Assembly (NCBI GenBank): GCA_026025075.1 | Contig: JAPEUI010000012.1 | Location: 124,001 to 188,000 of the forward strand | From: Vezdaea acicularis | Taxonomy: Eukaryota | DNA length: 64,000 bases | Direction: 5' to 3' | In this document: positions 35,769 to 49,368 of the stretch, piece after piece | How positions within the stretch are numbered: position 1 is the stretch's first letter | Layout of the letters: the number at the start of each line of letters is the position of its first letter | Made by a program: the position numbers and the translations under genes | Notes under the pieces: model-generated | The model's input: the letters and a program-made list of their open reading frames with translations, nothing else | Database searches by the model: none | What the model was told of the DNA's origin: nothing

Positions 35769-37839
35769 TTAATCTACAAGGTCCTGTACTCCTCTACGGA
35801 ATTGGCTCAAGGCACGCCAGAGGGGAGTCATATTTCCTTCCAACAGCTCATCACTCTTTGCTGACAACGAGCTGAAAGACCTGATGGTCTCTATCGGTTT
35901 TTGGTTCAAGATTACCTCCTCATCAAACCACTTTCCATGAAAGCCGTAAGGAACCCTAGTTGGTAAATGAATACGAGCGACAATATCTTGCATACTCCTC
36001 GCATCGATGATCCACAGCTCGCTAGTCGCATTCATAGGAGCCATACCTTCGCCGTCAAGCTGAGATTCGTCAAAAACGTATAGAACAATCCAGCCGTCAT
36101 CTTCTGATGTTCCGTTTATTCTAGGCACGAAGCTGGCTTCCTGTCCGTACCAATTCGGAGGCAATTGAAACACCTTGATCGGATCGTTTGGATCTTTCGA
36201 CTGTATAACTTCAGGCATGCTCCGAGTATCAACGCATCCTCGGATCTGGGTAGGAGGGCTCGCCAGGCCACGCTGAACGAGAGTATGCACGTCTACTTTG
36301 ACGAGACAATCGATCTTTACACCTCGACCTAATGCAACGTTGAAGGTTGCCCTCGAGGTGGAGCATCCATAGATATACCTAGCATTGGTCATCTGCGCTG
36401 AGTCGCGAAGTGTGGGGAAGTCGAATGGGATTGCAGAGAGCGCCCACTGGTGAGATATGGTGTTGGACTGCGTTGAGGACAGATCGAATCGATGATAGTA
36501 CAGTTGGCATAAATCTTCCTCTTGCTCGACCGTCGCCCGTTCGATTCTTGGAGCGGTTATGTCTCCTGCAGAGTATATTATCGAGGCGCTGGTCAGGCGG
36601 CACGACAGCATGTTGACAGCAATTGTTCTCTCCTCATTATCGACAACAGTAGCGTCGTCCCAAGTATTAGCGGTGTGGAAAATGCAACTTGCAGTCGGAC
36701 TCTCGAACCAGCGAGTCTTCTCCGGACTATGCCTAGGAAATATTCCAAATCGAGAGGGAGCGCCGGGATCGAAATGAATCAATCGTTCATTTTTTAAGAA
36801 GTTCATCGGGGTAAGGGAAAGCGGTAGATCAAGAATGATGGTATGGCGTCGAGATACACCAAAATCATGCATCATCTTAGCTACCTTCACACCGGGAACC
36901 GTCGCATTCATCAGTCGTGGGGTTCGATGTTTCTCCAGCTTCCCTGCAGAGCTTGGAATTACCGAGTATTGGACATATGGTGGTATGAGTTGTGAGTGGA
37001 AGAATATCAACTCATCGGTAGTTGGATCGACGCGAGGCTAAGATCGGTCAGTGGCGTTTCTTGAGAGGGGAAGATATACCCGTACATGTGCTGTTGCCCA
37101 TTCTCTGAGGGTACCTAAAACACCTTTTCCTCCGAAACCCCCACCTTCGCTATCATGTCCGACTTCACCTTCTGCACCTCTACCGTTGTACCAGCCGATG
37201 GTTTCTAGCCCTGGAAGGGAGACCCGCATTGGTGGACCACATTCGCCTGTCGCTAATGCTCTTCCATCGTGGAATATCAGGCCAATATTCGTTACACTTC
37301 CTCGTTTGATGGCGTACGGAGAACCAGGTAAGTGAGAAAGAAAGACAAGGATGATGGTACGGAATACCTGCAGTATGATGTTGAAGAGTGATAGAAGCGG
37401 GTTCGCTACTACCGAGATGCTGACGAGGATCGGACGGCGGATATGGGAAGCGACAGAAGATAGGAACAGATCGGTCAGGATGTATTGATTGACGAACTCT
37501 GGGCGTATTTCGCCTCTCTCATCACATCTCCGAAAGGCCACGCCGCACAACATGCCATCGCCATCGAACCAGTGTGCGTCCCTGCCTATATCCTCGTTTG
37601 CAACTGGATTCGCTCCATTCCGAACGTATTCACCGCCTGCAAACTCGTCTGGGATCGTACCAGAGTAGGAGCATGGCGTGAGAGGCTGGATATGATTGAC
37701 GGGCGCAAAGTTGCCAGACAGATATCTGCTATGGGTATGAGCACAGACTGATCAAAGGTATATGCCATTAAACATATCCAAACTTCACTTACGTTGCTTT
37801 GGGCCGCTTGGAGCTCTGTATTTTGATAGCCGAGGCCAT
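35769..37839 (-). CDS. carX: Carotenoid cleavage oxygenase (retinal-forming, CarX-like)
   Basis: YLSGNFAP, YVRNGANP, HWFDGDGML; four Fe-ligand His in TAHP, MMHDF, FHTAN and GFHG; EDDGW; divergent from carRA; two introns. Confidence 0.9.
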
Positions 37840-38880
37840 GAATGAAGGTTACCTCGATGAGAGGTGATTTGTGCGCCGTAGAAACATTGCTGCTAGAACA
37901 ACTTCTTGTAAGTACAGATTCTCTTGTCTACGATTACAGGTAGGACTCAGAGAGAAAGCAGAAGGGAATGCGTAAAGAGTGCTCGGTATTGACGGACCGA
38001 GCAAGCTCGGCGAACGTCAAGGTAGTGGGGCACGCGCCAATGGATTCTCTCGCGTAGTGACGACAGCTTGACGAGCCAAGCGGTTCTCTCTCCCCTGCGC
38101 GGCAGACAATGGGCCGGTATCTTGGAAGTAGCCTCGGATTAGACGTAGCCAGATAAATTTCTCTCGGCCTCTGTTCCTTCACATCCGTCATCAAGTGGGA
38201 TCGATCTCGCCACAACACATGTGATAGAGCGTTTAGAGACCTCAAGCTGTGACATTCCATCTGTTCGTGAAATTCATCAAATTAAGATATAAGCCAGTCG
38301 CATGGTCTACTACACCAGGGAGTGACTCGAGAATGCTCGGAGCAGTTGACAATCACGAGCAATGCACCCAATTACCTCCCGATGGCTGTTTACCTAGATG
38401 GGGCATCTGGATCTGCGGAGATGTAGCGTGTGGAATCCAACCTTGACCTAGTTTGGAATTGTCGTCGCCGCCTTGTCGCTGGATTTTCGGCTACTTGAAA
38501 AATGTACGTCATCAACCACGGCCAATCGAGTACCGAGCTTGCTAAGACCGGTGTCTCGTTTCGCCGATGATATTCCGACATTGCAGGAGACACCGGGCCT
38601 GCCCGCCTTGGTATTTTGCTACAATGACCTGAAGATGTATCAATTCGCCAACGCGTGCTGGTGCTTCACTACTTTGCTGGGTACCACTTGAGGATCACGC
38701 ATCCTATCCTGACCGGCGAGATCATTACATTACGGCTTGTAGCAGACACGACAGTACGATAGTACGACGTTACCATAGCGCGTATACCCGACGAGTACCA
38801 CCGTCTACAGCTATAAAAGATGAGGATGTAGGAAGATTCTAGATTCATTAAAGTCAGGTAGATGGTCAGTGCTCGTCGCA

Positions 38881-40921
38881 ATGGGTTTCGATTACGCTCT
38901 CGTCCATGTGAAATACACAATCCCCCCAGCTCTGCTACTCTCATATATTTGTCGCCCGCTGCTCTCGCGACTGGCCCTGTACAAAGTTGCGGCTCTTGTG
39001 CTAGTGAGTGCTGCTATTGCTATATTCCACCCGAAGCCATAGCTGACAGGCGCCGTCTTAAGGTTGCAGTTGTCTCTACAATTCCTTGGGACTCATACCT
39101 TATACGAACTAATATCTGGTCATATCCTCCTAATGCTATCATCGGTCCAACAGTCTTTTCTATTCCTGCAGAGGAGCTTTTCTTCTTCGTCATTCAAACA
39201 TATAATACTGCGCTCCTTTATATACTGCTCAGCAAGGTCACCTTTTACCCTAAGTACCTGCTGTCCACAAAAAGGAGGAAGAATGCTGCGCTCGAAAGAG
39301 ATCATGCAAAGCTAGACGAGACAGCATCAAGAATTATCGGTCAATTAGTTATCGCGGCGGTCTCAATTTGGGCGGGAATAATAGTTTTGGGGTTCCGACA
39401 AGACGGAACCACTGCCGGCATCCTTAATACCAAATATCAATACCTTGCGCTCATACTTGCATGGGCCGGACCGTTCTTGTTCCTTTTATGGTAGGCTAGC
39501 GATACCTTAGGTCGTTTTTTTTGCATCTAACGTCAACAGGAGCATTGCATACTCATTCATCGTTCGTCTACCCGTAATAAACACATTAGTTCCTATCGCT
39601 ATACCTACCCTGTACTTATGGATGGTGGATACTTTGGCCTTGAAAAGGGGTACGTGGGTAATCGAGTCTGGTACAAAGTTAGGCATCTATCTATGGGATG
39701 GACTTGAACTCGAGTAAGCCATATGATCAACCATACATGACCGTGTCGATTCATCTAATGCATAAAAGGGAAGCATCGTTCTTTTTGGTCACGAACATGA
39801 TGATCGTCTTCGGCCTTGTTGCTTTCGATTACGCTCTCTCAGTGTTGCATTCGTTCCCCAATTTGTTCCCTGATGTTGTTGATCTACCGAGCCCTGCGCT
39901 ATTACTCAAGGCGCTTTTCACTTCCTCTTCGGCTTACGACGAGGCGCGTGTACACGGCCTGATCGAAGCTGTTGAGAGACTTCGGAAAAAGAGTCGAAGT
40001 TTCTACTTGGCGAGCGCCTTTTTTGAAGGAAGGCTAGGCATAGACCTAATACTGCTGTAGGACTGCTTGATACTCTCTATTCCCAGCCCGCTAATTCTCT
40101 CAAACAGATACTCTTTTTGTCGCGTGGCTGATGATCTTGTAGATACAGCAGCCACAACGGAGGAAGCTAAGCGTCAGCTTGGATTCCTCTTCGATTTTGT
40201 CGATGTTGCCTACGAAACCAAGGACGTCTGCGATACCAAGCGGCGCCAGGCTGTAGTGGACAAGTTCCCAAAAACAGCTCGCTCGGCACTGATGCTCTTG
40301 CCAACAAAATACCTTCAAAAAGAGCCCATTCTCAACCTTTTGAAAGGCCTTGAGTCCGACCTAGCGTTCCAGCAGGATTTGTCCTTTACATGGCCTATCA
40401 GAAATAACGAAGATCTGGCTGTATACGCTTCTCAGGTAGCAAGTACGGTCGCTGAGCTTTGCTTGGAACTCGTATTCTATCATGACAACGTGATCTCTGA
40501 CAAGCCTCATTGCCGTTACTTGGTGGATGCGGCAGTTCGGATGGGGATTGCACTGCAGTACACCAACATAGCAAGAGATATATCTGTGGACGCCCAATTG
40601 GGTCGTGTATACATACCAACGTCATGGTTGAACGAGGTAGATCTTTCTCCTGAAGACGTCTTAGACCAACCAAGTGGCGTAAAGATAGAAGACCTTAGAC
40701 AGAAGCTCTTAGAGAAAGCCGCCAGACTCTACAGCGTGTCTCGTGGAGCGATCGAAGAATTACCGGCTAGTGCACGTGGTCCTATGCGAGTCGCAGTGGA
40801 AAGCTACATGGAGATTGGAAGGGTCTTACGCGAAAAGAACTATGCGATTCGAGCCGGGAAAGCCACAGTACCCAAGCTTCGAAGGTTGCGCGTGGCATGG
40901 AAGGCACTAAACCAGGGTTAG
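38881..40921 (+). CDS. carRA: Bifunctional lycopene cyclase / phytoene synthase (CarRA/Al-2)
   Basis: [76 protein letters not shown]; four introns. Confidence 0.95.
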
Positions 40922-41240
40922 GACTATTTAGGGGGTTGGGGCTGCATGAGACTTTGCGGGCAAATATCTTGGCGTTTTTATTCTGATATACCCAACCTGG
41001 TGCATAATCGTTAGCGATAAGCATATAGAATGCATTGAAATGAGCGCATCTCATTGCACTCGCTCGAAAACCTACATGCTACCGTCTAGTAGTCTTAAGT
41101 CTTTCAGAAAAATCATGACATCACCATACAAGAATGTAACGTTTGACGTGTTTTGAACAAGCGCTTCTAGTGCAATATCTTGGTGCAACATTCAATCTAG
41201 CGATAATTTCTTCTTCCTCCAACCCTTCTACATCTCAATC

Positions 41241-43107
41241 ATGGATAAGAAAACTGCGAGGAGTGCGATCATCGTTGGTACGTGTTCTACAGTATCTTAC
41301 TTTATGTCGATCTGATGTATCCCATGTGTCCAGGCGCCGGAATTGGTGGTGTATCAACGGCCGCTCGCCTGGCAAGAGCTGGTTTTGACGTTCAAGTGTA
41401 TGAGAAGAACGACTTCACAGGCGGTCGATGCTCTTTGATTCATCATGACGGTTACGTGAGTTCTGGGCTGTCATCTTCTGCATATGTCTACTCGGAAATA
41501 GCTACTCATCCTTTTCCTTGCAGCGCTTTGATCAAGGCCCATCTCTATTACTTCTCCCAGACCTATTTCGGGAAGCTTTTCAGGACTTGGGCACTACTCT
41601 TGAAGCTGAGGGCGTTGACCTCAGGAAATGCGAGCCTAATTACCAGGTTTTCTTTGGTGATGGACAGTCTTTTGAGCTATCTACTGATACCGCGCGCATG
41701 AAGAAGGAGATTGAGAAATGGGAGGGTAAAGATGGATTTGAGCGCTACTTAGGCTTCTTACGAGAAGCTCATAGGCATTATGAGCTTAGCGTCATTCATG
41801 TTCTTAAGCAGAACTTCACTTCATTGTTTTCTATGGCGCGCCCAAGCTTCCTCAAGCACCTACTGGAGTTACACCCATTCGAATCCATATGGAGCAGGGC
41901 AGCCAAATACTTCTGGACTGAGAGGCTGAGGAGGGTCTTCACATTTGGTAGCATGTATATGGGAATGAGCCCGTTTGACGCCCCTGGAACCTATAGTCTC
42001 TTACAGTATACGGAATTAGCAGAAGGTATCTGGTATCCACTGGGCGGGTTTCATAAGGTAACGAAAGAAGAATGCTCCGTATTCTATTTTATACTCACTA
42101 TGTTGTAGGTTGTGGACGCTCTAGTGAAGATTGGAGAAAAGCTTGGCGTCAAATATCACTTATTAACTCCGATAGATTCTATTGCAATGTCGCCAGATGG
42201 TAGAAGGGCCACAGGTGTGACCCTAGCATCGGGAGAGAATGTGACAGCCGACGTTGTCATAATCAACGCGGATCTTGTGTACGCTTATAACAATCTATTA
42301 CCGCCATCATCAAAAGCGAAACGTCTCTCGAAGAAGACCGCATCCTGTAGCAGCATTTCATTTTACTGGGCAATAGATCGCAAAGTTCCAGAGTTGCACG
42401 TGCACAACATCTTCCTTGCAGACGATTATCAAGAGTCATTCGATGAGATCTTCAAACAGCAGCTGATGCCCAAACAGCCATCCTTCTACGTGAACGTTCC
42501 TAGCCGAATAGATCCAAAAGCCTCACCACCCGACACAGACGCAATTGTGGTTCTGGTCCCGGTAGGCCACCTTTTGGATGACGATGGCGTGGGGTTGAGC
42601 CCAAGGTCGAAGCAGGATTGGAACGCAATGGTTGCCAAAGCACGAAAAACGGTTCTCTCAACAATCGAGGCGAGAACAGGGGCTACCGATTTGGGGCAGC
42701 ACATCATAAAAGAGATTGTCAACACCCCGCAGAGCTGGCAAGACACATTCAACCTCGACCGAGGCGCCATCCTGGGGCTGAGTCACTCGTTCTTCAACGT
42801 GCTCTCTTTCAGGCCGAGCACGAAACACTCGAGCATCAATCGGTGTTACTTTGTTGGCGCAAGCACCCACCCGGGAACTGGTGTTCCCATATGTTTAGCT
42901 GGGAGCAAGATCACGAGCGAGCAGGTACTTGAGGAATTTGGTATCATTCCGCCATGGCGGGCAGCGATAAAAGGGGCGAGCAAGAAGATCTCAAAGCTTG
43001 ATCGGGCGGAGCCTCTCCCCTCTTATCTTTTTCTCTACGTGATGGCCTGTATCTGGGTTGTCTTCCTGGGGTTCTGGGTAAATAAGATACATCCATTGAA
43101 CTCTTGA
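41241..43107 (+). CDS. carB: Phytoene desaturase (CarB/Al-1, CrtI family)
   Basis: AIIVGAGIGG, EKNDFTGGRCS, RFDQGPSLLL, MYMGMSPFDAPGTYSLLQY, YFVGASTHPGTGVP; three introns. Confidence 0.96.
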
Positions 43108-44904
43108 TGTATACAATACTAGTGATAATGATAATATATTCGGGTAACGAATGGGCCATGGTTGCGCACGCTAAGCTTGCCAGCAGGGTGCAGACTAGGC
43201 TTAATGGGTTATGGCATAGGGGTCACGCAGGGTAGAAGTAGGAAATACTCTGGATTAGTAGTCTGATTGTAACAGTCAATGGTTCGTTATGATGATCCAC
43301 GCTCCCCCTGATCGCTTTCGTGTTGGTGGTCACGTGCTGAAAGCCCAGCGCTAGCCCTAGTCACAAGTTGAGAATACATGTCGCCAAGGTTCGAGCGAAT
43401 ATATCCGATTAAAGCAGCAAGCTCGCTATGTCCCCTTGTCCAGACGTCCCCGGATCTCGCTTCCATGCACTTCAACTTCCGACCAATGAACAGTGTTCCC
43501 TCTGACCGGGTCCCCCGCCACAAGAGCAAGCTAATTCGGACGGCCCAGATCCATGATGAGGAGATACCGATCTCATGACAAGACAAAGCTACAGTAGCCA
43601 AAGAGATCCACCCATAGGAGGAACGCATGCAGTTCACGGGCTCGACACTTGCGACGCACTGGATAGTCCGGAACGGCTAAAGGGTCATGCGACAAGAAAA
43701 CGACCGCTCGCGGCTTGTCCGGTACAATTGCCAAGCTTCAAGGCTGATCGAAACACCCGGCACCAGGATATTCGCGGAAGCGTTCGATGAAGACGGCTTC
43801 AGACGGATCGCACGGCCTGAGTCATGGGAATTGCATACCGGTGGATTCCGTCTGGACGAACGGAGAAGCTTCCAAGGTCGAGATGGCGAAACGTAGGGTG
43901 ATGAACAGTGACGTCAGTGACATGGCAGCCCGCATTTGATGGGAAAATGAGGCCCTGCCTCAATTTTGTGACTGTCTCTGACTATGGAAGACAACTTCCG
44001 CATGAAGCCGCATGCGAATCTAGAGGCAGTTGGGCTCTCGTTCGGCAACTCCCTTCGATCGCTCTCGCTCCTGAATCAATCTCATCAACCTTGGAAGTGT
44101 GGCGGCTACGATGATCCATCGTGTTAGCCAATTATTTTCTTTTCCAGATCCACGCCACACGCCTGCCATCAGGCGTGCGGCTGGAGACGGCCACGTTGGA
44201 GAGCAAGCTTGTATGCACCGCTGTAGCGCTTCTCGCTGGTGGAGCAGTAAAAAGCTTAGCCGGTCGTGTGTCTGCATTGTTGACCAGGCTAACCAGCTTC
44301 AGTATCCTTGCACGCATTCCTTTCACTTCCTTTACATCATCACTCTGCCATTCTGGCAAATCAACCCCTTGACTGGCCCGGTTATTGCGGGCGTTCCGCT
44401 ATGCTACTGATCGTATGACTCTCATGGAGTATCCCTATCCAGTGATAGTCTGCTTCGGACTGGTGGCCAGATATTCCGGAAGAGCGGATTGAGAGCGGAT
44501 CTATGGTCGAGCTAAATCAAATACTAGATATGCGATACCTTGCGGGCTAATGCCGTGAATGCCGGTGGCCTGATGGGAGACAGTGAAGGATTGGGAAAGA
44601 CGGACGCGCAGTGTTTCGCGGTATGCGTGTGATAAGCTGCATAGCTGGAGCTACACGCATATCGTCATTGTCACGCAACAAGCTGCTGAAACCTTCTTTC
44701 TGGCCTCTGCCATATCTTCTTAATATTTTCCGGCCCGCATCGTTTCGTTTTCGCTCCCACCTCACTACCCCACCCCATTCATTATCATTCGACTCGACAC
44801 GACTTGGCTCGCCTTGAAGACAGGCCTGAGCAATCACCACATCCTTCAAACACGATTCCTATTGATCCGAGTGCTTTTGCAGTGACTCCATTTCGAACTT
44901 CAAT

Positions 44905-46016
44905 ATGGGGAACGGTGCCCTCAATGCGAACCCTCCTACGGGAGTGGACATCACCATTACTACCCATGGCTCTGATTGGTATTGGAGTAAGTCTAATCGC
45001 AATACCTCATGTATTGAGGTTGCTAATCCCCTTTTTTTGTATAGCTGTCACTGCCATCATGACCGTAGCTACAATTGCATTCCTTGCAATGTCGTTCATG
45101 CAGCCAAGGACGCGAAGAGTCTTTCACTACATCACCGCTTCTATCACCTTGGTCGCCGCGATTGCATATTTCACGATGGCCTCGAACTTGGGCTGGACAC
45201 CTATCGATGTCGAATTCCAGCGTGGCAACCCTCGTGTCGCTGGCATCAACCGTTCAATCTTCTATGTTCGATATATCGATTGGTTCATCACCACGCCGCT
45301 CTTGCTCTTGGATCTCTTGTTGACTGCTGGTCTGCCGTGGCCCACTATCTTGTTCACTCTTCTCATGGATGAAATTATGATTGTGACCGGTCTTATTGGT
45401 GCATTGGTTCACTCGAGCTACAAGTGGGGTTACTATGTCTTTGGCTGCCTTGCTTTCCTCGCGGTTGTATGGACCGTCGGATGGACCGCTCGCAAGCATG
45501 CCTTCGCACTTGGCGCAGATGTCCACAGGACTTTCATCCAATGCGGCGTCTTGACCCTATTTTTGTGGTTCCTCTATCCGATCGCTTGGGGTCTTTGCGA
45601 AGGCGGCAACGTTATCTCGCCTGACTCTGAAGCAGTCTTCTACGGCATTCTCGATGTGCTTGCCAAGCCAGTCTTTGGAATCTTGCTCCTTCTAGGGCAC
45701 CGCAACATCGACGTACGTCCCCTGCCCTCAAAATAACATGACATGAATTAAGCTAACGTTGCATCAGCCTGCTCGTCTTGGTCTTTCTATCCGAGACTAT
45801 GATGAAGATCCAGCAGCTACTGGCGGTCTACGTTCAGGCGCATACAATGAGAAGCGAGGCGTTGCCAACGGTGCTGGCACCACAGGAACTGGCGCGACAG
45901 GTGGTGTCACTGATGCGACGATCTCAACGGCGACTGGTGCCGATACTGGCACTCATGCAGCAGGTCATCACACTGGCCTAGGAACTGCTCATAATAACAA
46001 TACATCCGCTGTCTAG
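44905..46016 (+). CDS. carO: Fungal rhodopsin (CarO-like), predicted light-driven proton pump; 3 exons
   Basis: ITTHGSDWYW, MASNLGWTPIDVEF, helix C VRYIDWFITTPLLLLDL (DTD motif), helix G YGILDVLAKPVFG with the retinal-binding Lys. Confidence 0.93.
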
Positions 46017-46670
46017 ACATACAAGTAGGATGAGCAGTGTGATTGAGGAGGAATAGTTGTGGCGTGTTTGGTCTGCAAATGATGCGTTCAAGCATCGTTA
46101 CATTTCACAATGGCAAGGCTCAGGATCTTCATGCCTCTGTTAGAGCTACATCGGTCCCTTACATGATACCAGGTGCTTATAAAGTTTGCATAATGTACAT
46201 AGATGAATAATAATGAAACTGGTGCTCACTGCTTAAATCATATCCTCACTGTTTTTCTCGAGCATCCTTCAACACTGGTGTTAACATTACTTGGTGGTTT
46301 GTTGAAACGTCATGTTGCATTTCCAGGAAGCTAAGCTTCGCGTAGTCCACCAATGCCCAAAGCGAGATCCCTAGCGGAAAAGTGCGGATCAGCCAATTGG
46401 CGTTACAAGGGGCTGGAGACCGGCGTTCAACCCAGTTTTCATTGGTTGCAACTTTGTGAAATGAAATCCAACCTCTCTCCGCAGTCATGCGGCGGACGCC
46501 ACGGAAAGGCTATGTGATATCCGGAAGGGAGTTCAAGTTTCTGGGTCAACTTCAAGTTCCAATTTCTGGATAAACTTCGAGTTCCGACCGTTTGATCCGT
46601 TGTCTTTCTTCATGTAGTAACGCCATAGCGAGTTCGGCGTCTCTTGAAAGCCGGACAGATCTCGCCCGTC

Positions 46671-48943
46671 ATGAATGATCCAGGCCTAGCAGATGCCATC
46701 GAGCGGGACTCGAAGGCGGTGGAGGGGAACCTCCACGACATGGACCCCGGCCTTGGCGGCGAAGAAGAGGGGGTTGCACACCAGGAAGATGCCCAATTTG
46801 CCAACGAGTCGACCGCGGCGAAGAAGTCTGAGGAAGACTTCTTGTTACCCAAGTAAACAACGCCTCTCTCCAGAAGATTGTACTAAGGGGTTGTCCGCTG
46901 ACACATCGCCATTGCAGTTGGTATTGGATGTTTTCGACGGCTTTCCCCTTGATTGCGGGAACGTTCGGTCCTATGGCGAGCGCGTTCTCCATATGTGCCC
47001 TGGTACAGAGCTGGAGGGTTACAATACCAGACGGCGGGACGGAGGGCCATGGTATTATAACTAGACCTTTCAAATGAACGTTGGATATAGCCCTTTTTGG
47101 AGACTGACTTGTTGTTGCTCACCAGGTATCAAGGTACCCGATCCACCTTGGTATGTAGCTGTCCCCTTTTTGCTCCTGAAAGAAGACTAACGCGTTTCCG
47201 TGCTGGCTAGGCTCCTGGCTATCAACGCCGTTTCTCTTGGGATAGCCTTAACCTCGAACTTGTCCCTCCTGTTGAACATGGCCCGGCGTGTTCCTTTTCG
47301 TATCGCCCAACCAGTAACAATCATTGGCTGGTTTGCTTCATCTTTTCTCTTGATAGGCCTTGTCGGTGCAGCACCAAAGATCAAATTCTCCCTTGCTGAG
47401 GACCGTGCTCTTACGCAGGCCTTCTATTACGGCATAATTGCTGCAGCCTTGTACTTCATCGTGGCGAGCTTGATGCTTTGCACCGCCTGGGGGGCGTATT
47501 ACTCCTATTATCCTCGCGAGTTCCAGCTTACGATGAGCCAAAGGACGTTGATGCTGCAGACCATCATCTTTCTGGTCTACTTACTTGCTGGATCTGCGGT
47601 CTACGCACATATAGAGCAGTGGGAGTTCCTGGATGCCATATTTTGGTCCGACTTTACTTTGCTAACAATCGGGATCGGTGACTACCTCGTACCCAAAACA
47701 CATCTTGGTCGAGGATTGCTCTTCCCATATGCTGTTGGTGGGATTATTATTCTGGGTCTTGTCATAGGGTCCATCCGTTCTTTGGTCCTAGAACGAGCAG
47801 CAACAAAGATGGGAAATAGAATGCTTGAAGTACGACGAGAGAAAGCCATCAAGAAGATGAAGCCAGAAGAAAAGAAGCGATTGGAACCAATCACACACGC
47901 CCAAACACGAGAGGAGAGAGACATTTCAGAACATGAAAGAAGGAAAGCAGAGTTTGAGCTCATGCGTCATCTCCAAGAATCAGCGCATAGAGAACGGAGA
48001 TGGGTTTCTCTACTCATATCGGCGATGGTATGGATGGCTCTATGGTTCCTCGGAGCCCTGACATTCTTTTACTCGGAAAGGAACCAACAATGGAGCTACT
48101 TCCAAAGTTTGTAAGTGCTCAAGCCTAGTGTTTAGTTAGCTTAAAAGCTAATTCAAGTAGGTACTTCGCCTATACATCCCTTTTAACGATTGGCTACGGT
48201 GATTTCACACTCCTCAGCAACTCAGGAAAGCCCTTCTTTGTCTTTTGGTCTCTCTGTGCTGTCCCTGCGTTGACAATTCTCATCAGTATGTTCCCCTGAT
48301 TCCCACTAGTGTTCGAAGCTAACGATGTATTCCAGGCAATATGGGAGATACCCTCATCAAAGGAGTTAAAGACGGGACCATCTGGCTCGGGAAAGTGACA
48401 GTGTTACCTGGCGAGAGTCCTATCATGGACACGCTCAGGCATGGCGCCTCTAAGGTCACTAGGCGGCGTTTCACAGATCGTGATGACCATCAAGATAAAG
48501 AAAAACAACTCGTCGACCCCCCGAGTGAGACTGAATCCGAGGAGATAGAATTCGAGGCTCTCCAGGTGAATATAGCCCATCGCCATTACCTCATAGCGAA
48601 AGAGATCAGGAGAGTATTAGAACATGTCCACAGTGGTCCTCGACGAAAATACTCCTATGCTGAGTGGACGTGGTATTTACGACTTATTGGCGAGGATGAG
48701 GCTTCTGAAAGGACGCATCGTGCACCCATGGTGAACCCTAAACACGGCGTTCAGGATGCAACTACTCATGGCGAAGGTGACGAAGTCAAACAGTGGAGCT
48801 GGATGGGCCACCGCAGCCCTCTAATGGGTGGAGAAAGTGAGTCGGAGTGGATTTTGAGCAGGTTAACAGTCACACTCGAAGAATTGCTGCATAAGCATCA
48901 TCTTGAGCATCGAAAAGACTGCGATAAAAAGCCATCATCGTAG
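46671..48943 (+). CDS. TOK1: TOK-family two-pore-domain outward-rectifier K+ channel (multi-exon)
   Basis: WMFSTAFPLIAGTFGPMA, LTMSQRTLMLQT, pore 1 TLLTIGIGD, pore 2 SLLTIGYGDF, SNSGKPFFVFW; about five introns. Confidence 0.92.
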
Positions 48944-49368
48944 GTGCTCTCCGATAAGAAAAGGGTATGGTGCATAATTTGGTGGGTGGTGTCACAGGCC
49001 TCGGCTTCTGTGGTGATGCCTATTGTGCTGGCACAATAGACAGGTCGTAATGAGTGCGGCACTCGCTTCAGCATTCACTCTTAACTTGAAGGGGTTGCAA
49101 TAACACTTAAGATCAGATCTTGCCACTTCTCACATCTCAGACTACACTCACATATGCTTGAATAACAACGCTGCAAGCATGAAGTGAGCTTTCTGATTTG
49201 CTCTTATATTCCATCTTTCTACGGTCCCTGAGCAGCGCTCTTGGGCCGCTTCCATAATCATTTCACCTCTGAGCTAGTCATCATCTCAACTTTCACGGTG
49301 ATCACTTCACTTCAACCCGAGAGCTGAATGCTTTCCGCTTGAACTTTTAGCGTTGCACGATCTCTAGC

